Below are positions 38,944-49,312 of a stretch of 64,000 bases of DNA, one piece after another; the first letter of the stretch is position 1; every line of letters begins with the position of its first letter. The translations under genes and the position numbers were made by a program. Below the pieces are notes generated by a model. The model was not told where the DNA came from and ran no database searches. It saw only the letters and a program-made list of their open reading frames with translations. This DNA is from Candidatus Latescibacterota bacterium (GTDB taxonomy: Bacteria > Latescibacterota > UBA2968 > GCA-2709665): positions 448,001 to 512,000 of the forward strand of contig OZ241917.1 in assembly GCA_965203805.1 (NCBI GenBank), read 5' to 3'.

Positions 38944-39447
38944 GGCCTCCTCAGGATGACAGGTTGGGCGAGCGGCCGGCGTGTCATTCTGAGCGCACGC
39001 GGGCAGACAGGAATGTCCGCCCCACCCTTCATCAGCGGATACCTGAGCATGCCAGTACCGCATAGGGATTACAGATACATTTCGCCAATCGCCTTTGAAA
39101 GACATGTGATTCTGAGCGGAGCGAAGAATCTCCCGTTCTCTGGCTTGGACGTTCTGCGGAAGCCTTCGCCAGCCGGTCTGCGCGGACGCATCGTCACGCG
39201 CTTCCGAAGGATGGCCGTGTGGGCGCAAACGTGCCGCCTGCTAGGTGCGGGACACGTCCAAGTCACGCTGGTGTGAACACCGATGCCGCAGTAGATCCTT
39301 CGTCGGCCTGTCTGCCGATGAATCGCCGGCAGGCAGGACGGCCTCCTCAGGATGACAGGTTGGGCGACCGGTCGGCGTGTCATTCTGAGCGAAGCAGGCA
39401 GACAGGAATGTCTGCCCCACCCTTCAACAGCGGTTTTCTCAGCATGA
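38944..39447. repeat. Composite REP cluster with ~105-bp terminal direct repeats
   Basis: 38944-39051 and 39340-39446 (CCTCAGGATGACA...TGTCATTCTGAGCG...GGCAGACAGGAATGTC-GCCCCACC); middle shares AAACGTGCCGCCTGC...CCGATGCCGCAGTAGATCCTTCGTC with 19650-19730. Confidence 0.85.
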
Positions 39448-39525
39448 CGATTTCATAGTCCGTGTGACCGACCACCAGCGTACCCCGGCAGGCGTGGGAT
39501 ATCCGACATCTGCAGGAGGAACCCA

Positions 39526-39909
39526 ATGACCCCGACACCCTCTGCCAAGCTGACGGGCATGAGCCCGCAGTTTCTCGTGGCCGATCTGGACCGGTCGATC
39601 CGCTTCTATACGGGGCAACTCGGATTCGACCTCGACTTCCGATACGAGCATTTCTACGCCGGAATCGTGCGGGACGGTCACTCGATCCACCTCAAACTCG
39701 CCGACGCGCCAGGCACCGAGAGGGAGTTCCGCCGGGAGAACGAGCATCTGGACGTCACCTTCACGGTCGAGGATATCGACGCGGCGTACAACCAGGCGCA
39801 AAGCCGTTCCGTCCCGGTAACGCAACCTCTGCGGGAGATGCCCTACGGCCGTGAATTCTACGTGTCCGACCCGGACGGGTATATTCTCGCCTTTGTCGAG
39901 ACGAAATAG
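39526..39909 (+). CDS. VOC/bleomycin-resistance family protein
   Basis: VADLDRSIRFY..LGF, PYGREFYVSDPDGY. Confidence 0.9.
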   Translation: MTPTPSAKLTGMSPQFLVADLDRSIRFYTGQLGFDLDFRYEHFYAGIVRDGHSIHLKLADAPGTEREFRRENEHLDVTFTVEDIDAAYNQAQSRSVPVTQPLREMPYGREFYVSDPDGYILAFVETK

Positions 39910-39966
39910 CGCGGGCGTAGCGGGACCCAACGGCTGCTGATAGACGAATCCTCCACGAATCCGGCC

Positions 39967-40011
39967 TTGACTTTGCGGCTGAATTGCACTATACGTATAA
40001 TACACGTGTAT
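39967..40011 (+). promoter_or_regulatory. TA-operon promoter with tandem palindromic operators
   Basis: TTGACT and TATAAT overlapped by TATACGTATA (39990-39999) and ATACACGTGTAT (40000-40011). Confidence 0.6.
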
Positions 40012-40045
40012 CTGCGTTCGTGTCGTCTGAATCGGAGAATTGCGC

Positions 40046-40276
40046 ATGCGCAGGAAGCTGACCATAACCATCGACGAAGAGGTGTACGAAGGCCTGCATC
40101 GCACGATCGGGCGGCGGCGCATCAGCCGCTTTGTTGAAACGCTTGTCCGCCCCCATGTGCTTCAACCGGACCTGGAACAGGCTTACGTCGACATGGCGTG
40201 CGATGAAAAGCGGGAAACCGAAGCGATAGAATGGGCGGAAGACACGCTGGGAGATGGTTTCGATGCATCGAGGTGA
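40046..40276 (+). CDS. Type II antitoxin (RHH-like)
   Basis: [14 protein letters not shown]...E.EA.EW.E acidic tail; overlaps the toxin start. Confidence 0.85.
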   Translation: MRRKLTITIDEEVYEGLHRTIGRRRISRFVETLVRPHVLQPDLEQAYVDMACDEKRETEAIEWAEDTLGDGFDASR

Positions 40277-40583
40277 AGTGTGGTGGGTGAGTTTCAACCC
40301 GTCCACGGGTGGCGAAATCCGTAAGAGACGCCCCGCGATCATCGTCAGCAACGACGCATCCAACAGACATTTGAATCGCGTTCAGGTCGTGCCGCTGACT
40401 GGCAATCTCGACCGTCTCTACCCCAGTGAAGCCTATGTGACCGTACAGGACGAAAGACGGAAGGCCATGGCCGATCAGTTGGCAACGGTGAGCAAGCGCC
40501 GATTGAGTGCGCTTCACGGACGCGTCTCCGTATCGGACATGGACCGCGTGGAACGCGCGATCAGGGTGCAGTTGGGCCTGTGA
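40263..40583 (+). CDS. mazF: PemK/MazF toxin
   Basis: [36 protein letters not shown]. Confidence 0.92.
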   Translation: MHRGEVWWVSFNPSTGGEIRKRRPAIIVSNDASNRHLNRVQVVPLTGNLDRLYPSEAYVTVQDERRKAMADQLATVSKRRLSALHGRVSVSDMDRVERAIRVQLGL

Positions 40584-40707
40584 TGTCCCAACCGCGGGTT
40601 TGTATTGTACGATATTTCTGTTCGCGGAAAGGGGCGGACGGCGCACTCGCTCCGGACGGTGACGCGTGCAATCGAGGGAATATTCCGAAGGAGGTAAATC
40701 AAAACCG

Positions 40708-41934
40708 ATGGCGACAATCAATTCCAACTACAACAAACTCTCTGCCGGCTATCTGTTTCCGGAAATCGCAAGGCGGACGGGCGCGTTTCTGGATGATCAC
40801 CCTGACGTCGAAGTGATGCGTCTCGGCATCGGCAACACCACCGAGCCGCTGCCTCCCAGCGTGATCGAACGCTTGCATCACACGGTGGAAAGACTGGCGG
40901 CCGTCGAGACCTATACGGGTTACGCCGATGGAAGCGAAGGAAATCTCGATCTCAGAGAGGCCATCGCGGGCCGTTACGCGGAACGCGGCGTCGCACTGGA
41001 TACGGATGAGATATTCGTCGGCGACGGAGGAAAACCCGATTCGGCGAATATTCAGTCCATTTTCGGCCTGGACAACGTGGTGGCCGTTCAGGACCCCGCC
41101 TATCCCGTCTACGTGGACAGCAACGTGATCGCCGGTCGCACAGGGACGATGGTCGACGGTCAGTACCAGGGAATCGTCTACATGCCCTGCACGGAGGCGA
41201 ACGGCTTTTTCCCCGCATTGCCCGCGGAAAAAGCGGACCTGATTTATATCTGCAGTCCCAATAACCCGATCGGTTCCGTTGCAACCCGCAGGCAGTTGCA
41301 GACGTTTGTGGATTATGCCCGCGACAATCGGGGGGTGATTATCTTCGACGCGGCCTATTGCGCGTACATTTCGGATCCTGACCTGCCCCACAGCATCTAC
41401 GAGATCGACGGCGCCGCGACCTGCGCGATCGAGATCAACAGTTTCTCCAAAGATACAGGGTTCACCGGCGTACGGCTGGGCTGGACGGTTGTCCCGCAGG
41501 ACCTGGTTGTGGAAGACGGCGGGCCGGGTGTTGTGAACGGACTCTGGCGCAGACGGCAGAATACGATGTTCAATGGCGCCTCCAATATTGTACAGGGCGG
41601 CGGATTGGCGGTGTTCACGGAGGCGGGGCGGGCCGAGTGCAGGGAGATGGTGGCCTATTATATGGCCAATGCCAGGCGCATCCGATCGGGTCTCGAGGGC
41701 CTGGGCCTTACCGTCTACGGCGGCGTCCACGCGCCGTATCTCTGGATGAAGACGCCGGGGGGCATGGGATCGTGGGACTTCTTCGACAAGCTGCTGTCCG
41801 AGGCGCACGTCGTCGGGACGCCGGGCGCGGGATTCGGGCCCAGCGGCGAAGGATTCTTCAGGCTGAGCGCGTTCGGACACCGTGAGGACATCGAGTCGGC
41901 CGTGGACAGCATCGAGAGAAATCTGAAGATATAG
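40708..41934 (+). CDS. dapL: LL-diaminopimelate aminotransferase
   Basis: [55 protein letters not shown]. Confidence 0.95.
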   Translation: MATINSNYNKLSAGYLFPEIARRTGAFLDDHPDVEVMRLGIGNTTEPLPPSVIERLHHTVERLAAVETYTGYADGSEGNLDLREAIAGRYAERGVALDTDEIFVGDGGKPDSANIQSIFGLDNVVAVQDPAYPVYVDSNVIAGRTGTMVDGQYQGIVYMPCTEANGFFPALPAEKADLIYICSPNNPIGSVATRRQLQTFVDYARDNRGVIIFDAAYCAYISDPDLPHSIYEIDGAATCAIEINSFSKDTGFTGVRLGWTVVPQDLVVEDGGPGVVNGLWRRRQNTMFNGASNIVQGGGLAVFTEAGRAECREMVAYYMANARRIRSGLEGLGLTVYGGVHAPYLWMKTPGGMGSWDFFDKLLSEAHVVGTPGAGFGPSGEGFFRLSAFGHREDIESAVDSIERNLKI

Positions 41935-41960
41935 CCTATCTCAATTCAAAACCGGAACTC

Positions 41961-42460
41961 ACATGGATAAACAGGATTGACAGGATAAAACCAAAAATCC
42001 CGAAAAAACGGACATCGAAAACTACGAAATACACGAAAAAGCGCAAAAAAACCGATCAGGATTTACAGGATTAGGCAGGATTGGAAACCAGGAGCAGGGC
42101 AAATGCTCACTCTTGCAGGTAACAGCGATGAGTACGGCCACCCTGAAACCCCAACGTTACGCCAGCCAACTCGATTTTGGGCGAAACAAGGTGTTCGTCA
42201 AATTCTCCACTCATGTTTTTGAAAATCAACCAATTATACAATAGGAACACCGGTTTTCAAGCGTAATTCGGGTTTTGGTTTTGTCCGAATTTTGCTTTTT
42301 ATCCTGCCTATCCTGTGTATCCATGTTTGACGTCGTTTGCAGCCATTCGGCCAAGTTCTCCAACTGCAATTGACATGGATGGACAGGATGAAACCAAAAA
42401 GCACGAGAAAGGCACGAGAAAACGAGCAGCGCAATTCACGAGAAGACGAGTAACGGCGAG
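41961..42460. repeat. 366-bp MITE-like unit with 30-bp inverted ends plus a further partial copy
   Basis: 41961-41990 versus 42297-42326 match 27 of 30 as an inverted repeat; another ACATGGATGGACAGGAT at 42373. Confidence 0.75.
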
Positions 42461-42471
42461 GCACAGGAAGG

Positions 42472-43434
42472 ATGAAGATGCGACTGCGGGTCTGTATTTT
42501 CGTGATGTCGATGGGGATGACAGCTACGGCGGTTTCGGAGGAGAAAAAACAGGCGCCGAAGCTGACGGTGGCGTACCGGTTTGCTTCCGCCATCGGACAG
42601 AAGGGCGGCGGGGTGGGGCACTTTCACGAAGCGTCCGCCATCGCCCTCGATACGTTCGGCAATCTGTACGTGGCCGACACCGGCAATGACCGCGTCCAGA
42701 AGTTCGATCCGGACGGAGCGTATCTGTCTGAGGTGGGCACGTTTGGCTGGGACCCGGGGCAATTCAGCCAGCCGGCGGGGGTCGCGGTAGGGAAGGCGGG
42801 GCTCGAGGTATACGTTTCGGACGGTAGAAACAACCGCATCCAGATTTTCAGCCCCCACTTCCGCCTGTTGGGTGTGGTCGGTGGACGCGACGTGGACGGG
42901 CCGATCCGGTTGGGAAACCTGGGCGGGATTGCGGTTTCGGAAGACGGCGAGCTGTACGTCTCCGACACCGACGCCGATCAGGTGGTGCAGATCAGCAACT
43001 ACAGCCCGGTCGAAAACCAGTTCGGAGGGTTCGAATACGGGGCCGACCGCATCCGGCGTCCGCTGGGACTTGCCGTCGGACAGAAGAACCAGGTCTACGT
43101 CTGCGACAGTGAGAACGACCGCATCGCCGTTTTCGACAGATACGGAAACTTCAGCAGGAGTCTCGCGGAAGGGTCGCTCTCCGAGCCGGCGGGGGTATGC
43201 GTAGGGCCGGAGGACGTGCTGTTTGTCGCGGACAAGGGACACAACCGCGTGGTAGCCCTGGACCTGAGGACCGGGGACGTGGCCGCCCTGATCGGCGGGC
43301 CCGACGCCGGCCAGGGGCCCGGCGCGTTCAAGGCGCCGAAGGACGTTGCCTTCGGTCCCGGCAGGGTTCTCTTCGTTCTGGACGGGGGCAACAATCGCAT
43401 TCAGAAGTTCGAGATGTTGATCGGCAGAAGATAG
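42472..43434 (+). CDS. Exported NHL-repeat beta-propeller protein
   Basis: Repeated P.G.A...G.LYV.D..N.R.Q.F units. Confidence 0.92.
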   Translation: MKMRLRVCIFVMSMGMTATAVSEEKKQAPKLTVAYRFASAIGQKGGGVGHFHEASAIALDTFGNLYVADTGNDRVQKFDPDGAYLSEVGTFGWDPGQFSQPAGVAVGKAGLEVYVSDGRNNRIQIFSPHFRLLGVVGGRDVDGPIRLGNLGGIAVSEDGELYVSDTDADQVVQISNYSPVENQFGGFEYGADRIRRPLGLAVGQKNQVYVCDSENDRIAVFDRYGNFSRSLAEGSLSEPAGVCVGPEDVLFVADKGHNRVVALDLRTGDVAALIGGPDAGQGPGAFKAPKDVAFGPGRVLFVLDGGNNRIQKFEMLIGRR

Positions 43435-43531
43435 CTGGCGCAGTCTCCACGTCCTGGTCGTCAGGAGTACGGGCCGAGGGTCTTGAAGGCCAGGTGCAGA
43501 ACCTGGTTTTTCTGACTCCCGACCCTTTTTT

Positions 43532-46500
43532 ATGTTCAAGCCCATGCGCATCCGTCAGATCTTCATGGTCCTCGCCGGCCTCTTCACCTCGGCCGGCGCC
43601 GCGCCTCCGCCCGGACAGCTGACCGTCTTCGACATGGAGCGGACCATTCGGACCGATGGCAGCCGGGGTCCTTTTCGCATCTCGGACCGGCCGATTCTTG
43701 CTGGCGGCGAAAGGGTCTGGGTGGGAGACAGTCTGCTCGTCAGGGACCTCGACTACGAAATGGATAGTGCAGGAGGCGTGCTGCTGCTTGTGCGGGAACG
43801 CCCTCGCGGCACCCGTGTTGTCGTGCGGTTCCGGCAATTGCCTCAGGTTCTTCCCGGGGTTTACCGGCGGCGTGAGCGAAACCCGGAACGGTCGCGAGTG
43901 CAGCCGGCACCCGTCCGGCGTCGCAGTCGCCGAGCGATCGCGAACGCGCCGGACGCGCACGGCGAGGCGACTTCACGGCTCGACGTCGGGGGGGCGAAGC
44001 GCGTTCAGGTCACCGTAGGCGGCAATCGCGATCTCGAACTCAGCCAGGCGCTTCGGGTGCATATATCCGGACAGATGGCCGACGGGGTGGAAGTGACCGC
44101 GATGCTGTCGGACCGGAACCTCCCGCTGGGACTCGAAGGCAGCACGCGCAACCTGCAGGAGCTGGATCGCGTGAGGTTTCAGGTCCGTTCCCGGAGAGTT
44201 TCGGCTTCGCTCGGCGACCTCGACGTCGAGTTCGACGGCACCACGTTCGGGCGATACCGCAGGCGGCTGCATGGCGCCCATTTCGCGTTTGCAGCGTCCG
44301 GCGCAGACATGAAACTGTTCGGGGCCGCTGCAAACGGACGCTGGGTCAGCCACCGCCTTCACCCCATCGAAGGCTACCAGGGCCCATACCGGTTGCCAGG
44401 TGACGCCGAGGCCGTCGGCGGCGGAATCGTCGCGGGATCCGAAAGGGTCTATCAGGACGGGCGTCTGCTACGCAGGGGCGAGAGCCAGGACTACGTTGTG
44501 GACTATGAAATGTCCACCATCACGTTTACCCCGGTCAGGCCCGTCACCGGTCAGAGCCGCATCACCGTAGAATACCAATTCGAGGCCCCCGGGTCCGGGC
44601 GGCGCCTGATGGGCGCTCGGGGCACGCTGGCGCTCGCCGACGATCGGCTCAAGCTGGGCGGGACGTTTATCCGCGAGGCGGACAGGGCTGGCGGCGTCCA
44701 CGGCGTGGGTATCACCGCACCAGCTTTTCAATCGTTCCGGCAGCAGCTGGCCGTGATGGATGCGGCCTATGAGCCTGCAGTGGGCGTCCGGCTGGACGGA
44801 GAACTGGCGATGAGCTCGGCGCCAGTGCACGCGGAGGCCCGCCGGCAGCGCCGTGGCCGGGCCTTCAGGCTGGGGTTGGACCTGTGGCCGGGCGCGCTGC
44901 GGTTGGGCGGATACGCGCTCGGACGGGTCCGTCTGACCGGCTCATACCGGCAGGTGGGCGCACGGTTCCAGGGGATTGAGAACATCGTGCGGGTGACGCG
45001 TGAGGGTCGGTGGGGCTGGCAGGCCGATACGCCGGAGGCTGGAGACCGGATGGGCGAGGTGGCGCTGCAATACGCCCTCAGGCCCGGCATCCGGTTCGAT
45101 GCGGGTTACGGCCGGCGCCGGGGGAACGTGACGGCGGTCCGGCGCGACGTCGGCCTCCGGGTCTCCGATGCGCGGGCCCCGCGGGTGTTCTATCGCTTCG
45201 ACGAAGTGTCCCACGGGTCGGGGCTGTTCGCCAGGCATCGGGGCCGCATCCGGGCCCCCATGCGCGGGGTCACGCCGGGATTTCGCTTTGAGTCGGAAAC
45301 CGCGACCGGGTCGTCGGTTCCTCATTCGACCCTGTACTATGCCTCGCCGGCCGATACCGCGCACCGTGGCGTCCGTATCCGGTCGGGGGCCGTGGACCTC
45401 TCAACGCGCGTGTTGGGTGCGCTCGCGTGGACGTCGGAAGTATCCGCACGGAGGATCCACCTCCTGGGGCGCACGTGGCAGGACAGCCTGCAGGCGTGGA
45501 CGACGTCCCACCGCGCCTCGATGTCCGGCAGGCGCGGTCTGTCTCTTTCAGGGGAGTACAGCAGGAGCCGGACGAAATCCCCGCTGCATCCCGCCGATGG
45601 CCGCATCACGGACCTTGGGCGGATCAGGTGGGGGTACGCGGTGTTGAACGGGACCGTTTCGCACCGGCTCTCCTATCGGATCTCCAGCACCGGCGCGCCC
45701 GACGGACAACCGGTGTACGTGGTCTTCGGTCCGGGGCGCGGAACGCATGCCTGGGAGGACGCGGATGGCGACGGGCTCCAGGACCCGGAGGAATTCGTGG
45801 AAGACGTGGACGGCGAGTACGTGCGCTATATCAGTCCGGCCGCCCAATATCGCCACGTGCGGGACGCGGCGCTTGCCGCGCGGACGGAGCTTGTGCTGAA
45901 GCGTCTTCTGCGGTCTCCCGAGGGCCGCTGGCTGCGTCTCCTCGCCGGCCTCTCGCTGGATGTCACGCTGGAGGCCGACCGGCAGGCGCCGCCGGGTCAG
46001 GCCGGCGTGGCGCCCTGGCACATGTACGGTTTCGGCGCGGGCGAGGGGATTCTCCACGGCAGGCGCGAGCTTCGGACCCGGCTCTACCTCTTTCGATATG
46101 GCCGTCCCGCCACGTTTCGGGTAACGACCCGCCGGGGCACACGCCTCGACCGGGCCTTTACGGATGGCGGACTGGAGACCACGTCGCAGGTGTCCGCGCA
46201 GGCGCGTTTCGCGCTCGGTCGCGGATCGTCGGTGGAGCTGGAGGTGCAGGGTGAGGCGCGCGACCGACCTGGCGACGGTCCGTTTTTTTACGGCATCCGG
46301 TCCCGCCGGCTGAACCTGGGCGCCTATCGGCACGCGGCAAGGGCCTGGCAGGCGCGGATGGGACTGGCGTTCGGCACGGAAAGGGAGGAAAACCGCGCGT
46401 TGCACGCCCGTTTTGTCTCGGTTCGCCCGGAGATTCGACGCGCCCTGCCAGGCAGGGGGCGGCTCCGAACATCCGGCGACTGGACCCGTGTCTTCGCCTC

Positions 46501-46687
46501 CGGAACCATGCCGTTGTTCCTGGGAATGGCAGGCGGAAACCGTAGCGGAGACAACGCCGGCTGGCGCCTGGGGGTGGACTACCGGCTGGGGCGGTACCTG
46601 ACGGCGATGATCCTGTACGACGGACGCAAGCGCCCCGGGAAGCCGGTCCTGCATCTGGGGCGCATGGAAATGCGGGCGCTTTTCTGA
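43532..46687 (+). CDS. Large exported or outer-membrane protein of unknown function
   Basis: 1051 aa; signal-like N-terminus, YQGPYRL, GSERVY.DG..L.RG...DYVVDY, DADGDG Ca-binding-like loop, terminal Phe. Confidence 0.75.
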   Translation: MFKPMRIRQIFMVLAGLFTSAGAAPPPGQLTVFDMERTIRTDGSRGPFRISDRPILAGGERVWVGDSLLVRDLDYEMDSAGGVLLLVRERPRGTRVVVRFRQLPQVLPGVYRRRERNPERSRVQPAPVRRRSRRAIANAPDAHGEATSRLDVGGAKRVQVTVGGNRDLELSQALRVHISGQMADGVEVTAMLSDRNLPLGLEGSTRNLQELDRVRFQVRSRRVSASLGDLDVEFDGTTFGRYRRRLHGAHFAFAASGADMKLFGAAANGRWVSHRLHPIEGYQGPYRLPGDAEAVGGGIVAGSERVYQDGRLLRRGESQDYVVDYEMSTITFTPVRPVTGQSRITVEYQFEAPGSGRRLMGARGTLALADDRLKLGGTFIREADRAGGVHGVGITAPAFQSFRQQLAVMDAAYEPAVGVRLDGELAMSSAPVHAEARRQRRGRAFRLGLDLWPGALRLGGYALGRVRLTGSYRQVGARFQGIENIVRVTREGRWGWQADTPEAGDRMGEVALQYALRPGIRFDAGYGRRRGNVTAVRRDVGLRVSDARAPRVFYRFDEVSHGSGLFARHRGRIRAPMRGVTPGFRFESETATGSSVPHSTLYYASPADTAHRGVRIRSGAVDLSTRVLGALAWTSEVSARRIHLLGRTWQDSLQAWTTSHRASMSGRRGLSLSGEYSRSRTKSPLHPADGRITDLGRIRWGYAVLNGTVSHRLSYRISSTGAPDGQPVYVVFGPGRGTHAWEDADGDGLQDPEEFVEDVDGEYVRYISPAAQYRHVRDAALAARTELVLKRLLRSPEGRWLRLLAGLSLDVTLEADRQAPPGQAGVAPWHMYGFGAGEGILHGRRELRTRLYLFRYGRPATFRVTTRRGTRLDRAFTDGGLETTSQVSAQARFALGRGSSVELEVQGEARDRPGDGPFFYGIRSRRLNLGAYRHAARAWQARMGLAFGTEREENRALHARFVSVRPEIRRALPGRGRLRTSGDWTRVFASGTMPLFLGMAGGNRSGDNAGWRLGVDYRLGRYLTAMILYDGRKRPGKPVLHLGRMEMRALF

Positions 46688-46697
46688 GAGGTGGGGC

Positions 46698-48413
46698 GTG
46701 TTCGGATTCGGACGCTTTTGGCTATATAGTCACGTGATAACGCTCCTGGCGGTATTTTGTGCGGACGCGTCGGCGGCCGGTCGCGTCCTCGTACGGAACG
46801 TGCGGGTGGACGGGGCCCATCGGATGTCCGAGGATCGCGTTCGGGGCTGGCTGATTACGCGCGCCGGCCTGCCCGTGGACAGCCTGCTGATCGAGAAGGA
46901 TATGAGACGCATTCTGAACGGATACCGAGACGCCGGATACTGGCAGGTATCCGTTGCGTATCCGGAGGTGGACGCGAATCGGGGGCGTGTGCGTTTTCGC
47001 ATCGAGGAAGGGAGACCGACCCTGATCGACTCGGTCGAGATTTCCGGCAACCGGAACGCGGCGACGGACTCCCTGCTGGACGCGATGATCACCCGCGCCG
47101 GGGAGCCGTTGGTAACGGAGTCCCTGGACACGGACCTGGAGGCGCTCGTTCGCTTTTACGAGAACCGCGGGTATCCCTATTGTTCGCTGGCGCCGGAGGT
47201 GCGTGTTCTGCCGGGCAGCGACACCGCGAGGGTCCGGATTGCGGTGGACGAGGGTCAATTTGTGCGCGTGGACACGATCCGCTTCACGGGCAACCGGATC
47301 ACCCGTGTCGAGACACTTCATCGAGAGATGCGGATAACACCGGGCATGCGCTACGATCAGCGCAGGGTGGACCGGGCGCTGCGTGCGCTCCGACGTCTTC
47401 CATTTCTGCTGGACGTGGAAGACGCGGTGTTGGCGGCCGAGCCCGACGGACGTACGGCGCTGGTGGTTTCCGTCCGCGAGGCGCCGGCGGGGCGGGTCGA
47501 GGGCGTCGTGGGCATGGCGCCTGCGTCTCGGGACGGTGCGCGGGGCCCGACCGGATCCTTCGCGATCGCTTTCGCCAATCTGATGGGGAGCGGGCGGCGG
47601 GCGGACGCCTCGTGGTCGCGAAGGGGGCGCGCGGCGTCCGATCTGGATCTGCGCTACGTCGAACCGTGGGTTCTGAGGCGGCCGTTGGGCCTGGAGGCGA
47701 CGCTTCTGATGCGGCAACGGCCCGGATTCGCCGAAGACCGGCTGGGCCTCGGCGTCAACCTGTCCACGGCCGGCGGCGTCGAAGTCCGGATCGGTGTTTC
47801 CAGGGGCGGCGTCCGGCCGGATTCGAGCCGGGCGCCAGGTTTTGAGAAGGGTCGACTGTCGTCTCTGGATGGCCGGCTCGAATACGACCGCAGAGACGAT
47901 CGCTGGAATCCGATGGGGGGTTCGATGTACCGTATCGGCCTCGTCTGGAGCCGCGTGGCGCAGAGCGGCGCCGCCGGCAGCAGGTTGCGCGCGACCGCGG
48001 AACTGCATCGAATTCAGGCGCTGGGAAGGCAGACGGCGCTCGCGGCGTCTCTGTACGGCGCCGGCGTGGGGGAAAACGGGGTCGCGCTCCCTGACGGACC
48101 CTTGCGTCTGGGGGGGGCGGCGACGATTCGAGGGTATCGCGAGGAGGCGTTTCTGGTGAACCGGGCGTTGTGGACGAACCTGGAGTGGCGGCTTATACTG
48201 GGGCGCCGGTCGCGGGCGTTTCTCTTCGTGGACGCCGGCGTTCTGAGGAATGCCGCGGGGGTTGAAGAGAACGGACTGCATTTCCCGCTGGGATTCGGTC
48301 TGGGGATGCGTACCGTGTCCCGGTTGGGGACCATCGGCCTGGATTACGGACTGTCAAGAACCGACAGTCCAGGTCGCGGAAAGGTGCACGTACGTATGGT
48401 GAATGACTTTTAG
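46698..48413 (+). CDS. BamA/TamA (Omp85) family protein with POTRA domains
   Basis: POTRA-like GN...Y...GY repeats, LGG..TIRGY, FVDAG, terminal Phe. Confidence 0.9.
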   Translation: MFGFGRFWLYSHVITLLAVFCADASAAGRVLVRNVRVDGAHRMSEDRVRGWLITRAGLPVDSLLIEKDMRRILNGYRDAGYWQVSVAYPEVDANRGRVRFRIEEGRPTLIDSVEISGNRNAATDSLLDAMITRAGEPLVTESLDTDLEALVRFYENRGYPYCSLAPEVRVLPGSDTARVRIAVDEGQFVRVDTIRFTGNRITRVETLHREMRITPGMRYDQRRVDRALRALRRLPFLLDVEDAVLAAEPDGRTALVVSVREAPAGRVEGVVGMAPASRDGARGPTGSFAIAFANLMGSGRRADASWSRRGRAASDLDLRYVEPWVLRRPLGLEATLLMRQRPGFAEDRLGLGVNLSTAGGVEVRIGVSRGGVRPDSSRAPGFEKGRLSSLDGRLEYDRRDDRWNPMGGSMYRIGLVWSRVAQSGAAGSRLRATAELHRIQALGRQTALAASLYGAGVGENGVALPDGPLRLGGAATIRGYREEAFLVNRALWTNLEWRLILGRRSRAFLFVDAGVLRNAAGVEENGLHFPLGFGLGMRTVSRLGTIGLDYGLSRTDSPGRGKVHVRMVNDF

Positions 48414-48429
48414 AAAAAGAACGGATGGC

Positions 48430-48453
48430 AGGGGCAGGTTTCAAACCTGCGCG
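48430..48453. repeat. REP-like palindrome between convergent genes
   Basis: GGGGCAGGTTTCAAACCTGCGC. Confidence 0.5.
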
Positions 48454-48489
48454 TCCTGTGAGCAGCCGGAGGATTTCTGCTCGACCCTT

Positions 48490-49305
48490 TCAAAAAGGGA
48501 ACAGAACGGGGATATTTTCAGGTGGGAGTGCGCCGCCGTATTCGCAGGCCTGAAACGCCTCGGCGTAACGGATGGCGCGTCCGCGATCCTCGCCGTACCG
48601 GTCTACGAGAACGGCGCGGTGGCGGTCCGCAACGGCCATGAACTGCTCGAGCCTGTGTTCGAGCCACTTTCTGCGCTGGCGCGGCGACTTCGGCACTTCG
48701 TCGAGGCGGCCGGCGTTGTACGGCAGCCACTCGTACATCTGCGAGGTGTGGCAGTGCAGCATATCCAGCTTCTTGTCGACAACGGCGTCGATGTCGATCG
48801 CCACCTCGGGTGTAAAGGGTGCGGGAAACCGGAAGTTGTCGCTCAAATAGGCAATCACGGGGTTATACGATAGCGCGGGTACGTCCGTACAGACGTTGGG
48901 TACGGTGACCATGTAGGCGGCGTCCTGAACCAGGCTGGCGGTGTACCGATGGTCAGGATGGTAATCGTTTGGCCGATGGGTGAGGACAAGGTCCGGCGTA
49001 TAGGAGCGGATCATGCGGATGACGTGCTTGCGATTCTCCAGCGTGGGTTCCAGTTCGCCGTCGTGGTTGTCCATCACGTGGTATTCGATGCCCGCCACGG
49101 CGCCGGCGGCTTCGGCTTCCGCCCGACGCCTGCGCGCCAGCGCGATGCCCCCGGTTTCGTGATGACCCGCGTCTCCGTTCGTGAGAGAAACGAAACGGAC
49201 GTCGTGGCCGAGCGCCGCGTAGTGGATGGCAAGGCCGCCGGCCTTGATATCGCAGTCGTCGGGATGCGCCCCGAAGACGATGACTCTGAGAGGTCGGTTC
49301 CGCAC
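48490..49305 (-). CDS. PIG-L/LmbE-family deacetylase
   Basis: GAHPDD, TNGD, R..EA, HPDH, H.SQ. Confidence 0.92.
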   Translation of the reverse strand: MRNRPLRVIVFGAHPDDCDIKAGGLAIHYAALGHDVRFVSLTNGDAGHHETGGIALARRRRAEAEAAGAVAGIEYHVMDNHDGELEPTLENRKHVIRMIRSYTPDLVLTHRPNDYHPDHRYTASLVQDAAYMVTVPNVCTDVPALSYNPVIAYLSDNFRFPAPFTPEVAIDIDAVVDKKLDMLHCHTSQMYEWLPYNAGRLDEVPKSPRQRRKWLEHRLEQFMAVADRHRAVLVDRYGEDRGRAIRYAEAFQACEYGGALPPENIPVLFPF

Positions 49306-49312
49306 GGTGGGC

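Noticed and set aside
38829-39050. N-terminal extension of RavA
   Set aside because: It runs through REP repeats; the RBS and family-like sequence start at 38828
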